64,000 bases of DNA from Vermamoeba vermiformis (lineage: Eukaryota): contig JBEWZL010000270.1 in the NCBI GenBank assembly GCA_045837725.1, positions 248,001 through 312,000 on the forward strand. Reading direction: 5' to 3'. Below the pieces are notes generated by a model that did no database searches, had not been told where the DNA came from, and saw only the letters and a list, made by a program, of their open reading frames with translations. Position 1 is the stretch's first letter. Every line of letters begins with the position of its first letter. The position numbers were made by a program, and so were the translations under genes. Of this stretch, positions 40,651 to 53,061 are shown in pieces.

Positions 40651-40937
40651 ATAAGGTTTATATTATTTACAAGGTTTAGCTTGGCACGCATTAAGGTGCC
40701 CTTAAAACAGTACCCAAATTGAAATTTCCGATAACCGGGTTCTCAGATCTTAAGTGGGAAATTGCTGACTTTGTGGCTCGGCTAAAACTGCAGGCATTCA
40801 GCGGAAATAGGGCAATTTTGCGTCCCTAACCGAGTTACGCAAAGTATGGATTTTTCTCTGGAGAAGATCCCACCTGTCAAAAATTAATTTTGGTTGTAGT
40901 CATCGCATTAAACGCTTACTACTCTTAAAGATAGCAC

Positions 40938-43274
40938 ATGAGCGAGGTAATTTTTTAAACTTCCAACGTCATGTTTTGTCTGTCTCATCTGCGTTTATTA
41001 AAAACACATTCCTTTGTTTTACTTCTAAATACTACTTTTATTATTATAATATGAAGGAGATAATTCATTGAGGCCACACATGGCATTTTGGCAAAAAAGA
41101 CGACAATCGAGTCAAAAATTAAGAAATTAAATTTAAAAACTCGTAATAATTGCTGTAACCACCTTATTTATTCTATATAGTTGAAATCAGAGTCAAAGAT
41201 CTTTCGCGCACTGCGACATGGGAAACCATTCTCACTGGATCCAACAGTAAAGTCCCTGGACTTTTCAGGTAAATAAAGGAACTCCTATAACATCGTATTT
41301 TAAAAATTTGAAACAGACTACACCAACTATGGTATACAGTACGGAGAACTTTTCCAGGCCCTTAAAAAAAATACCACGCTGACGAGTCTCAAGCTGAGTA
41401 CGTAGTTACGACGTATCTTGTAATGTGCCATTAATAATTTGGACAGACTCCAGTATTGGTGTGAGTGGCGCACGACAGCTTGCAGATGTTCTAAAGGAAA
41501 ATTTGTCTCTTACGAGCGTCACGATCTCTGGCGGAGAATTTCTATCGGATCTTTTTTATTCTCAGTCAAAAGGGAAGAAGGTTCTGGCAAGAATTAACGA
41601 CTTGGTAGAAAAGAATAGACTATACCAACAGGTAAACTTATAGTCTGAAAACATTTCATAATCTAACGTACGCCAGGCTGTGACTCGCAAGGTTCAGGAA
41701 GAAATGAAAAGGCTGTTACCAAAACTAGAAGAGCTAGTGCGAGCAGAAGTACAGGCCGAGCGCGAGGCAGAAGAGGCAAAAAAGCAACAAGAAGAGGCCT
41801 TGGCCAGACAGCGACACGAAGAAGCACTGACCAAAGAACGCAAAGCCGCAGAGCTCAAGAAGCAACAGGAGTTGCAAGCCCAAAAGCGTCGACAAGAAGA
41901 AGAGCAGGCCAAAAAAGTATCTGACGTCAAAGCATGGATCGATGCCAACAACTGGGAGGCACTTGCAATGTTCATTAAAGACCACCCGGACTTCGCCATT
42001 ACCAACTTGCTGGCCACGGGCAAGTACAACTTGAACACGGTGACATTTGTCAATCAGCTCTCAGCGCACACGGTCCAACGAATCATTGAAGAGCTCGAGG
42101 TGGCACAAGATTTCAATAACAAGAAAAACGACGAGTTATTGGCTCAGCAGCAGGTGTTAGTGGCTGAAGAAGAAGACCTGAAGCGAAAGCTTGAGCAAGT
42201 TAGGGCCCAGATCCAACAAGTAACCGCTCAGAGCAGGGCTGCAAAGAATGATTTGGAAGTCACCACCGGTCAAATTACTAAAGCGAAAGATAATTTGAAG
42301 GAGATTCAAAAATCTCTCGCGGAAAGTACGCCAAAATTGGAGCAGTGGCGAGAACGCCTTCAAGTCGATGTTTCAGAATGGACCTACGAAGACATCGAAT
42401 GCTTATTAAGAGAAATCAACATGACGGACCATACTTCCTCGTTCATTAAAAACAAGATCGATGGCAGTGTGTTGCTCGATCTTACCACATCCGATCTGAT
42501 CGACTGTCTCAGCATCAACTTCAAAGAGGCTAAGAAATTGTTGAAGTCCGTATTTCTTGCTCGCGTCTACAAGGACATCTACACGACACCCCCTGGCGTG
42601 CTTCAATGGCATGTTGATACTGTTTGCTCGTGGCTCGAGGACAACAAGTTTGCTCACTTGTCTGAAACTTTCCGCAAGCAACAAGCAAGTATATTGTATT
42701 TAATATTCCATATATTAATCTAAGAGTTACTTTAGATTACTGGAAGCGAGTTGGCGTTCATCGATCGAAATGACTTAAAGAAATACTTGAAGATCGAAGC
42801 GTTAGGCGATTGTATCAAACTAGAAAAGGCGATCAACGAGCTGCAGCGATCTCATTTAGCAGAAAAATCTATCCAAAAGCAAATTGCCGTCGAATTGGAA
42901 GTGGAGAAAGTCGCTGGGTATCAGGTACGAAATTGCTTTCGAAATTTCTCAGAAATTATTTTAAGAATTATTCTCTCTAGAGCGAATTAGAGCAGAAATT
43001 GCACGAGATGAAGGCCATTAACGAGGAGCTCAAGCGGAAGCTAAAAGACGCGAAGAAAAATGCACCCGAAGCCTTTTGCTGCCCGATCACGCAAGAAGTC
43101 ATGAGCGATCCGGTGGTGGCGAGCGATGGCCACACTTACGAACGTGTCGCCATTGAAGCGTGGTTGTTGCACCACGATACCTCACCCATGACCAATCAGC
43201 GCTTGGAGAACAAAGTTTTGACCCCCTCTCACACGTTGAAGAGCATGATCCGCGAGTTTGTTGATCGAAAGTAG
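40938..43274 (+). CDS. LRR (RI-like) - coiled coil - SAM - SAM - U-box E3 ligase, multi-exon
   Basis: ALKKNTTLTSL, GARQLADVLKENLSLTSV; SAM motifs VSEWTYEDIECLL..IDGSVLLDL and LQWHVDTVCSWL..ITGSEL; U-box PEAFCCPITQEVMSDPVVASDGHTYERVAIEAWL...SPMTNQRL. Confidence 0.88.
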
Positions 43275-43282
43275 GCTTACCT

Positions 43283-43445
43283 TACTGATACAATGTCGTT
43301 AGTTCATCAGTGTAACTAACCTCAGCTTCAATAGGTGACACTATTCTATTGTAATCGTATTCTTCCGGCTGTACGCCAACCAGACAATTAAAGATGTTTC
43401 CTTCACCGGTGTACGGCAATCCCAGATTCCCAAATAGGCTATTGA
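43283..43445 (-). pseudogene. Decayed fragment of a paralogue of the F-box/pseudo-Rab gene at 45868-47175
   Basis: 43321-43385 (ctcagcttcaataggtgacactattctattgtaatcgtattcttccggctgtacgcc) closely matches 46141-46198; ctgatacaatgtcgttagttca (~43285) matches ~45926. Confidence 0.7.
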
Positions 43446-43562
43446 CTCTTTAAGTCACCTTGCCACGAAATTAATTTGTTTTCAAATTACGCTTCGGTCC
43501 GCAGTATTTTCCGTAGGTAAAATGGACTGTCCAATTTTTCTAAATATTACCAAAGGAACAGC

Positions 43563-45767
43563 ATGCGTTTCCTATGGTTTTTATCAGTGCTAGTGGCGCT
43601 AGGTATCTAAGATATTAATAGATTTGACCTCACAATCAATTTTAATATTTTTTGTACGAAGCCGCTTGCGTTCAGATTAATCCTCCTGAACTCCCTCGAG
43701 TTAAATACGATGTTACTTATTCAGCGCCACAGAACAAAGTCGTTGTATCGGCAGGTCAATCAATTCAAGCGGCTATAGATGCAGCAACTTTGGGCACCGT
43801 GATCGAGTTGGAAGCAGGAGCAACTTGGGATATTGGAAAAGAGTCTATCGTACTGAGAAATAAATCTGGTAAGTGTTTTGTTTTTTTAAATTTCAATATG
43901 TAGCAGTTTGTAATTAATGAAATTTTGTTAGGCGACGGTTGGATTTACATCCAGACTTCAGCGTACAATTCTTTGCCGTCTCCCGGCACGCGTGTCGCTC
44001 CTAGCGATAGCCAATATATGCCCAAAATTATTTCAGACGTCCAGCCTGCAATTACGATAGAAAGCGGAGCGCATCATTATCGTTTGGTCGGAATTGAATT
44101 CACTGGTACTACGGCATATATGAATGCGCTAAGTAAGTAACAGACGCATATATAGCAAGTATTAATGAGATTCAGTCGAGTTGGGCAACTATTACCCATC
44201 GAGTATGGCGGATTTGGCCGATCACATAATTTTGGATCGCATCTACGCTTGGGGACCAGACGATGGAGGGATCAAGAGAGGCGTTGCACTTAATTGCATA
44301 TCTGGAGCTGTCGTAGACTCGTATATATCTGGCTTTAAAGCTGCTGGTTTTGATTCACAAGTACGCTTAACATTTAATCTAACCGCTTTAACGAGTTAAC
44401 TAGGCAGTAGCTGGTTGGATCGGTACAGGTCCATACGTTATCGATAATAATTTTATGGAAGGAGCTACTGAGGTGATTTAAGATTTGGATTCGTCCACCA
44501 TCGGGCTAATTATTTTTTTCTCAGAATTTCATTTTCGGCGGAGCAGATCCGCCAGCGACTTTGAACAGTCCTATTCCGTCGGATATATTCATTACAAGGA
44601 ATCATCTATTTAAGCGTCTTTCTTGGCTAGGCGATAGCAGTGTGGTCATAAAAAATCTTCTTGAATTCAAAGTTGGCCAACGAGTGCTCGTCGAAGGAAA
44701 TGTCTTTGAAAATAATTGGGCGAATGGTAATAATATTATATTTAACAACACGCACAAAAGTACATGTTTTAACTTGATACTTACAGGTCAAGCGGGCCGA
44801 GCAATCGTATTGACTCCCAGAAATCAAGATGGAACCATGCCGACTGCCGTAATAGGCGATATTACGCTTCGAAATAATATTATTCATACTTCTTGTGCTG
44901 GTTTGATTATTCTATCACGTGACGATCTAAAGGAAAGTTTGATAACGGAGAGAATTGATTTCTCGAACAATTTAATTTACAATCTATCTCCTGCGTAAGT
45001 CGTCTATAATAGTCTATCGAATAGGTTATTAATATTTATCAAAGGATGTGTGGCGGTGGAAGCGGAAGAGGTTTTCTTTTCATTAGCGGTCCTCAGCCCG
45101 GCAACGATTGGTCGATTAATCATAACTCTATTTTCCCAGAAATTGGCGCAGATTTCAATAGTTGGGCCAATGTCGGAGATTCAGGCACTGTAGTCAATCG
45201 TTTTCAAATGAACGATAACATTGCTTATTTGGGAAGCTACGCAGTACATGCAGCTCAAGGCACCGGGGATCAAGCCCTGCAGATCTATATGACTGACTGG
45301 GAAATGAAAAATAATCTGTTAGTTGGCCCAGATGCATTTGGAGTCTATTTTCCGAACGATACAATCGTCAATAACGGAACATTCATGAACGATGTGGGTA
45401 ACGACGACTTTTCCTATGTTTCTGGATCTCCTTATTTGGGAAAGGCTTCTGATGGCACCAACCCTGGGGCTGATTTGGAAAAGATTGCATGTGCTATAAG
45501 TAAGTCCTTACTATTGGGATTGAAAAATGACTGACTTTTTTCCGAAGATCCAGCGGATGCGCCGGAGAATTTAAAGTTACCTCAGTGTACTCTAGCACCG
45601 ACTGTATACATCCCAAAAACACCCGCATCAACAACACCAAAGTCGTCAACATCTGCCAGGTAAAATCACAACACATTCTTCAGAGCAAGGCGTTAACATA
45701 TTTAAGTAGTGCTCCTATTGCCGTCTTTGGAGTTGCGATCATCTTGGCACTTATCTTCGTGATGTAA
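43563..45767 (+). CDS. Secreted, probably GPI-anchored right-handed beta-helix (pectin-lyase-like) protein of bacterial type, multi-exon
   Basis: Signal peptide; PELPRV, SIQAAIDAA..GTVIELEAGAT, GAHHYRLVGIEF, KRGVALN, DSQAVAGW.GTGPY.IDNNFMEGATENFIFGGADP, KNLLEFK...LVEGNVFENNW, TPRNQDG; Thr/Pro stalk and hydrophobic C-terminus. Confidence 0.8.
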
Positions 45768-45867
45768 TATCAAGATGGTTAAGAACTATTGATTATTTTC
45801 GGAGCCGAACGTTGGATCGGGATCGGAAAAAGTTAATAAAATTTATAAAAAAATATTTATTTTGGCG

Positions 45868-47175
45868 TCAAAAGCAGCATTTAGCTGATTTTGTGGAACA
45901 ATTTTCGTCTTCGATAGCTTTGCAACTGATACAATATCGTTAGTTCACCTCTCAATAGCGTCATATCAAACTCCTTACTAAGCAGCCTTCAGCAGCTCGT
46001 CTTTCACTGAATTCATTACTCTGTCAATTTTCTTGGAGTCGTTCAGTGAAACTTCAAAGTACTTCATGCCGAATAGATTTGCGACGAACTGCAAAAAATC
46101 GACAGTTAGTCAAATGAATATGGCAACTAATGTATCTTACCTCAACTTCAGTGGGTGACACTATTCTATTGTAATCGTCCTCTTCAGGCTGTACGCCAGT
46201 GAGACAAAACACTTGGTGCGAAGATGTTTTTGTGCGGTTGTTGTAGATTTCGGGTAAATTTTCTTCGATCAATCTTGTCAACGACTGCCTATCATTCAGA
46301 TTGAAGAAGAACATAATCGCATGACTTTTCTTGTAAAATTTTGATTCAATTAATTCTTTCTTAAAAGCAGATCTCTTTTTTGTCGAACTTTTGTGAACGC
46401 GCCACTGAATGCGAACCAACGTCAGATCTGCAATTACGAATATCCTTTCTTTACATACTGTATGTAAGAAAGAGTTAAGGCCGTCTTGATCTCGAATTTG
46501 CTTGCTCCATCCCTATCAAAGTTCTGTTAATAATCAGCCCCGAATGAAGCTTCTGACCCGATCCACGAACTCACTTTTTGAGAAGAAGCCCACTAATAAA
46601 GATACCGTTAGAGCGCTTACATATTTTTTCTCGGAATTTGCTTACGGTATAAGCGTCCAAGAAACCGTTCACAATCGGCGTGGGACCGGATGGAACAATT
46701 TGAAAGAAATAATAGGGCTCAGATGTGTGTCGTTCGCGTTTAATAAGTTTGTCTTTGGCACCGCTTTTCCACCTGTGTTATTGTAAGATTTAATATTTGG
46801 ACCTTAAGTAATGACTTATTTATAACACAAACCTTTGTTCGATGTCTTTGCGAGTCACACTGTCACTTCGGAGGCTTCGCCGACTAGACAACCATTGAAT
46901 TATTTCTACATAAATACACCGTTACTATTATTTCACTTATCGACAATAATTCTTTTAATTTTTGTTCAAAGCTTGGATTCGGATCCCGGCCGATTCGTAC
47001 CTGTATTCCATTTCGTCGCACCTATTATCGGAAGATGAGGCATTGACGCGAGATTGTAAAATAGACGGCACACTCTTTGCAGGGTAACAATAGTGTCTAA
47101 TGTCGAGATCGCGTATCGGTGGATGTGGCACCATACTTCGGGAGGCAGGCTGAGGTAATCAATTCGTTGCGCCAT
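45868..47175 (-). CDS. F-box fused to a degenerate Rab-like (pseudo-GTPase) domain, multi-exon
   Basis: F-box LSLPPEVWCHI...LQRVCRLFYNLA; Rab-like FYKKSHAIMFFFNLNDRQSL, RIVSPTEVE|FVANLFGMKYFEVS; C-terminus SAKCCF*; no GxxxxGKS/T, DxxG or NKxD. Confidence 0.7.
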
Positions 47176-47358
47176 CGTATTATTATAGATATGTGGTGTA
47201 TTGTTTATAAAAACTGTCGATATTAATATTTAATCCAATTCGTGCCGTTATTTATATCTTGCGCGACAATTTGACAGCTGTCATGCGTTCTTAAGATTAA
47301 AGTCCAAGTTTATTATATATTTAATAAACTTGATAGAATATACTTCCCCGTAATAACT

Positions 47359-49481
47359 TTAATCCCACTCGGCCAATCCGAGCATTTTCTTGTCTAGTTC
47401 GGTCGTTTTTGGAAGTTCGTGGAACACGCATTCCCACGACATGTTGCCGCGATCCGTGTCATTGCCCGACGAAAACATTTCAGGCTTGCGACCAGTCTTG
47501 ACGGCTCTATATGACATATGCATTAGTGATTGCAAATAAATAATTAGCAAGAGTAAAATTATCGTACCGAGTGGTGTCCTGGCGGTACTTTTCGTAGTAG
47601 GAGCAAGATCTGGGAATGCAACGAATGAAGCATTGCAAGCGCCATTGATTCGAGGTGCTCACAGCGTTAGCATGGGGCAAGCGCGATGACCAAATAAGGA
47701 AATCTCCTTTCTTCATCGGGATCTCCTTCACTTCGTTCTTCACGGTGTCAAAGTCTGCGTAGTTAAGGAACACGTCCTCTTCATATGGCGGCATTCTCTT
47801 GCTGCCTAATGACCCACCGAACTCACCAGCCTCATACTTGGCTCGGTAATTGCGGATCTTGTCAAGTTTGTGGTGACCTGTGAAATTTCCGTGGGTCAGA
47901 TCTAGCGTTCAAAAGTGATCACAAATGTTAGTAGTATTTACCTGGTAAGCATACAAAGCCACCACCGCCAACTGGACAATCAGAGAGGCAAACACTTCCT
48001 TGGTACGCAGGTCCGCCAAGGTACCACAAGTTGAGATCCGTGTGGACTGACAATTTGCCGTGCAAGCGCGGGAATGTCAAATTCGTCTGTTGGCCGTCGA
48101 CTATAGTAAAATATTTAATATGCGGTTCAATTGTAAGGGAGTGCCAGCCGACTGACACGGGTCAAAAAGTGGTCTGGATCGAACTTACCATCAACCTCGA
48201 TCCAAGCAGGAGGCTTCATACTGACACGATCGAGCGAGACAGTCAATTGGTGGTCGCGCAAAAGTTGTGCGAAGAGACTGTACAACTTGGGATCCGTTCT
48301 CATTTCATAATACGCGGGCAAATGCCACAAATCAACGAAACCATTGACACCCAGAACCTTTTGATTGGGTTAATATCGGTAGCATATTACTATATTAGGC
48401 AAGTCGATGTCGAGTATACTTACATCGTGAGTCCAAGTCACGTGGTTGTCTTTCACGAGGCCAGTCAACATGCACGCGCGCAAAAACATTTGTTCCACGA
48501 GTCGATCCACGAGTTCATTAGAGAAGAAATTCTGCAAAGATTAGTAAAGATCATTGCCAAATTTGGAAACGATAAAGGTATCGACTCGTTCATGAAAATT
48601 ATTTTTTTGGGAGCGTTCAAAATGACATCCGGAATTGTACTAGTGCAGTAAGATAACAATAGCACTGTATGAGTTAATGTATGACTTACCTCAATAACGA
48701 GATAGCCATTGTCTTCCAAGAACTTAATTTGCTCTTCAGTCAATTGAAAGTCCAAGGCGTGGTCGTGTTTGGCCAGCTCTTCACGCTCTTGTGCAGTCAA
48801 TCGGATGCGGTCTTCTTCTTCTTTGGCGGCGAATTCTGCCAGTCTCTTGGTCACACTGCAAGAATATGATCAATATATTACGTAGAAGTAACTCTATAGT
48901 GAGCTTATGTCTCAAAAACTTGCGAGATGCGGATCATCCGTTCGGACACGAATATTTGCATATAAGGATTCATTATTATTATGCTTACTTGTCTTGGTAT
49001 TCTTGAGAAATGACATCGCCGTTCATGTCGTACAAGACGCCATTGACTTCAAGTGTTTCGAGCAGTAGATCCACAGAACAGAAGCTCATTAGTAACATAA
49101 TTTCGAATTATTATTGGTTACTAATAGTACTTATCTCGATCAAGATCTGGCTTCATTTTCAAAGCACGCACGTACAAAGTAGTGGCTCTGAGGTAAAATC
49201 AAAGTCAAAATTTGATATTGATATTTTATATTAATTCAACGGTTGAGTAATACTCATCTCCTCGCTCTATATAAAGCGGGAAGCACAGTCAAATTTAATT
49301 TAAAATTAGTATTTACGAAAATAATCAAAAAATATTTTAAAACTGTCCTTACTCTTTAAGCTTGCCTTCCTTCTCAAGATGAATAGCATTTAGATATATC
49401 TCCTCTGCGGTTTGTTTTTTCGGTTCCTAAAATAAATTGTTAGCAACATAAACCAGGATCCGAGCTGCTCGGCTGTACCAT
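47359..49481 (-). CDS. PhyH-like Fe(II)/2-oxoglutarate dioxygenase with N-terminal TPR/MIT-like helical pair, multi-exon (5' exons less certain)
   Basis: LTEEQIKFLEDNGYLVI, MWHLPAYYEMRTDPKLY..F, VSLDRVSMKPP, HTDLN (HxD), YQGSVCLSDC...GGF, GDFLIWSSRLPHAN (distal His). Confidence 0.85.
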
Positions 49482-49912
49482 TAATTTGGGCTGTTTGATC
49501 GCTAATTATGATAGCTGTATTGTGTTACATGAGTAAAATCTATGGTAGTAAAGCCTCTGAACAAATTAATTTAATTAAAAAATTAGCCCCCTCAATTCTC
49601 GCGCTTTTCCCGCTTTTGATTCGATAATAGATTATTCAAATACATGCCCAAGCTAGAGATAGAGCTAGTATATCTCGATAAGGCTACTGCCCGTCTTTCT
49701 TTGTCAATCAAGTTGAAACACGACAGGATTGTACCGCAGAGGACCGCCGTGTCCACTCAAAACAAAAAACGTCGATTCTCGATAGTTTAAATAGTCAACA
49801 ATTATGTATAAAGCATATGACCAATATTTATGGTTTATTCACCCGTCTTTGAGACGAAACAAAAATGTAACAGAGCAAATCTGTTACCATAGAACGCTAT
49901 AAACAACAATAT

Positions 49913-51925
49913 TTAGAGATTCTTAATGAGCATTTCCTTGAACTTCTCTTCGTTAATACGAGCCTCCTCGCCGAGATCAAAAGAGCCTTCAATGGTCAAA
50001 ACACCACCAGATTCTCTCTTCAAGTTCAATGAGTGAAGCTTAGGAACGCAGCGAACGACGACCTTGGACAACTCTTTGCCTAGTTCCTCCTATTTAAATA
50101 TTTTGGTAAGTGCCTGATAATTTTAAAAGGAGCAAGATCTGATCGAAATTAAACAAATTGCTAAAGCTCTTGTTCGCGTGCAAATTTGTCAAGCCATGCA
50201 TTATATATTAAATTAGAATTTTTGGCAAATTAAAAATGAATTTGATGGTGTTGGCATCAAAATAATGATCTGGCGCCAACCATGGATGTCACTTACAGCG
50301 TAGAATTTATCTTCAGCCAATCTCAAAAGACCTTCAACAACAGGGTTGACGACCAAACCTGACTTGTAGACGAACAAAGTCCAAACAGCGACGGATGGCG
50401 GGTTCTGTGTGTTGAACGAGTTGACATCCACGTCGACGGATAGCTTAGGGAAGACGGACTAATGGAATATGTAAGTATGCATAGTAACATTGATAAACAG
50501 ATAAGACAATTAGACGCAACGATCTTCCAAAACACGTGTTTGGGGATGCGCGTTACGTTCAGCGAAAAGACCGCGTAGATGCATCACCTGAACTTACTTG
50601 AAGTTTCTTATTCAGGGCGGGCAAAGTCTGTTCTTGGAACTCCTTCAAAGCCATCTTCATTTGCAAGTTGAGTGGGCCAGGAGCAGGAGCCTTTTCAGTA
50701 CCCAAAGGAACGGATGTGGTAAGTTCTATTCAAATATAGCGTTAATAAGCCGATCTTCGCGATAAAGCGTCATATTATGGGGTGAATAAGATGGATAGGC
50801 CAAAGAATTTGAGCAAAATAGTTCACTAGCGGAATTAGCGGATTTGACATCCAGAATCTGCGTTGAGCTTACCTCCAACAATGTTCTTAGAGACAAGGTC
50901 GATATGGCATTGCTCCTTAAGAGTATTGATGAACTTATCGACGGTGAAGGGAGTGGAGTTAGCGGCAACAGGCTTTGTTTCGCGAAGCAATCCGTCTTCA
51001 GAATAGAAATGGAGTGTAGAAGAGTTATCGGGCCAAATATAGCGACCAGCACCAGTTCTACATTGAGCACGACATTAGACACGTAAAGTAGGTAAACCTA
51101 AATCTTTGAATTGCGCTGATCTTACCGTCGTCCGTTTCTCCAAACGCCGTGGAAAGTTGCGCCAGTGATTTCTACTTCAATACCAGGACCGTTCTATATA
51201 TGAAACATTACGATTAGCGTATGATCAAATGACTCGAGACGAGAATCGTTTTTTCTATTTTTAGAGCGGATCCAAGTTTACCTTTTCGTCATATTTCCAT
51301 TCGCCCTTGAATACGGTGCCGTCAGGGTAAGTGAGCTCGCCATAGCCATGACGGTGGTTGAATCTGAATAAGCCCTTGTACTCGCCGATCAGGTTGCATT
51401 GAGCTGAAGCAGAAAAAATTCAGAACACGAAACGAATCACAATATACGGCAGAACTCACCTCCGAATAGAGTTGCAACACCGTATCCATGTCTGTAGCCC
51501 AATCTCCATTCGCCGTTGTACAAGATCAGGTTTGTTAACTTATCGCGGGCAACTCCTGCGAGAATTGGGGATTAATTGAGACATTTGGGGATTTTAGCAA
51601 GAAATTACATACCAATACCATTGGCCATAACGGCATTATCGCTCTTTGATTCGTAAACACGAGAAGCAGCGGTGCATCCAGCGTAGATCGTGTTCCTATT
51701 GATTGACGGTCAGTTAAAAGATTTTAACAATATTAATAGACATTCTTACTTCAACTCAACATGAGGGTTATGAAAGAAGTTTGCAAGCTCGTAAGCTTTG
51801 CTAGATCTGAAGGCTTCGTATTCAGAAGGCTGAGATGTGTTGACATTGCTCGTCTTGATTTGCGCTACGCCTCCAACGTAGATAACGTTGTTATTGGCGG
51901 TGATATTTCCTTTTTGTTCAGCCAT
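49913..51925 (-). CDS. MORN-repeat protein with an uncharacterised C-terminal alpha/beta domain, multi-exon
   Basis: YNGEWRLGYRHGYG, YKGLFRFNHRHGYGELTYPDGTVFKGEWKYDEKNGPG, FHGVWRNG MORN repeats. Confidence 0.8.
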
Positions 51926-53061
51926 TTGTGTTGGTGTTGTTCTGTAGGTAAAGGTCAGATGCGACTCCAAAAGAGACAGGAACCACATCTTTACGTGCCT
52001 TTGACCGTTTTTGACCAGAATTCTTAGCTCACACGGTTTATGGAGGCTTATGAGCTATTTTCGAGCCTTCTCGTCAAATCCGGACCTGACGTAACGCTGC
52101 CTATACAAGCGCAGCAAAAATTAGTTTAATTATAATGAGACAATGCAAAACACAAGCAACAATTTGTTAATATTCAGGCTATATTTAGGTCAGTACGCAA
52201 TCAAAGCACGAGCTTGCAGTACCCCTTGCTCACATGCCAGCCTCAACATTATGCTACTAGCGATATTATATTGAATTTTGGGCGAAAGATCAAAATGCTA
52301 GGCTGTTCAACGGTAAGTATGTACGGTCAACAGGGGAACGGATCCTTGTCCCGTTTTGCTCGAACGTGCAAACCTACAAAGCCTATCCATCAAGATCGCA
52401 CATATTGGGTGTATATACGATGTGCCTATTCTGACATCTATCTTGTTTTCAGGTTGAAATCTCAGACCGGCCCTGAAGTGCGGCCACTTTCGGTACCAAA
52501 AAACTAGGTTGTCACGTACGATATTCTCATTTCTCGTTGCGATTAGTAGCGTAGACTGGAGCTCAATGGTACCATGTTTGTCATCTTATTATCACTCATT
52601 ACTAGTACTAACGTAAAAAAGGGACAATGTCCTAGATGCTCGATCTGCAGTTCTTAGTAAAGAGACCGAGAAATGGAACGATCTTCCATCTTACCAATGC
52701 GGGAGTACATTCATTTACGCTAGGGCTTACGTGATGATTCAACCTTTGTACGAGGCCTGCAAGCCTATCGACCTTTGTCAGATTCGACAACTCGCATTCT
52801 ATCCATGTAATTCTATGACCGTAGCGCGTAGATTTTATTATGAAAGGTACGATTTATTTATACCAAGCAATGTGTATCGAAATTTATAATTTAATCGTTA
52901 CGAATCCACTTTCAAGATTTTGAGCAGATTTTGATTATCACCGCTACTTATAATCTCTATCATATAATTATAAAATTCAATAGTCGAATTAGTGCTAATA
53001 CTATTTATTAGGCGCTATCTAGAGCTGTACAATTCGAAGTTCATTCGCGACACGAAGATCT

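Noticed and set aside
48031-48651. 206-aa plus-strand ORF
   Set aside because: Antisense to exons of the PhyH-like gene; no recognisable motifs
52214-52507. 97-aa ORF with an intron-like segment 52313-52452
   Set aside because: Could not assemble a coherent spliced frame or recognise any motif
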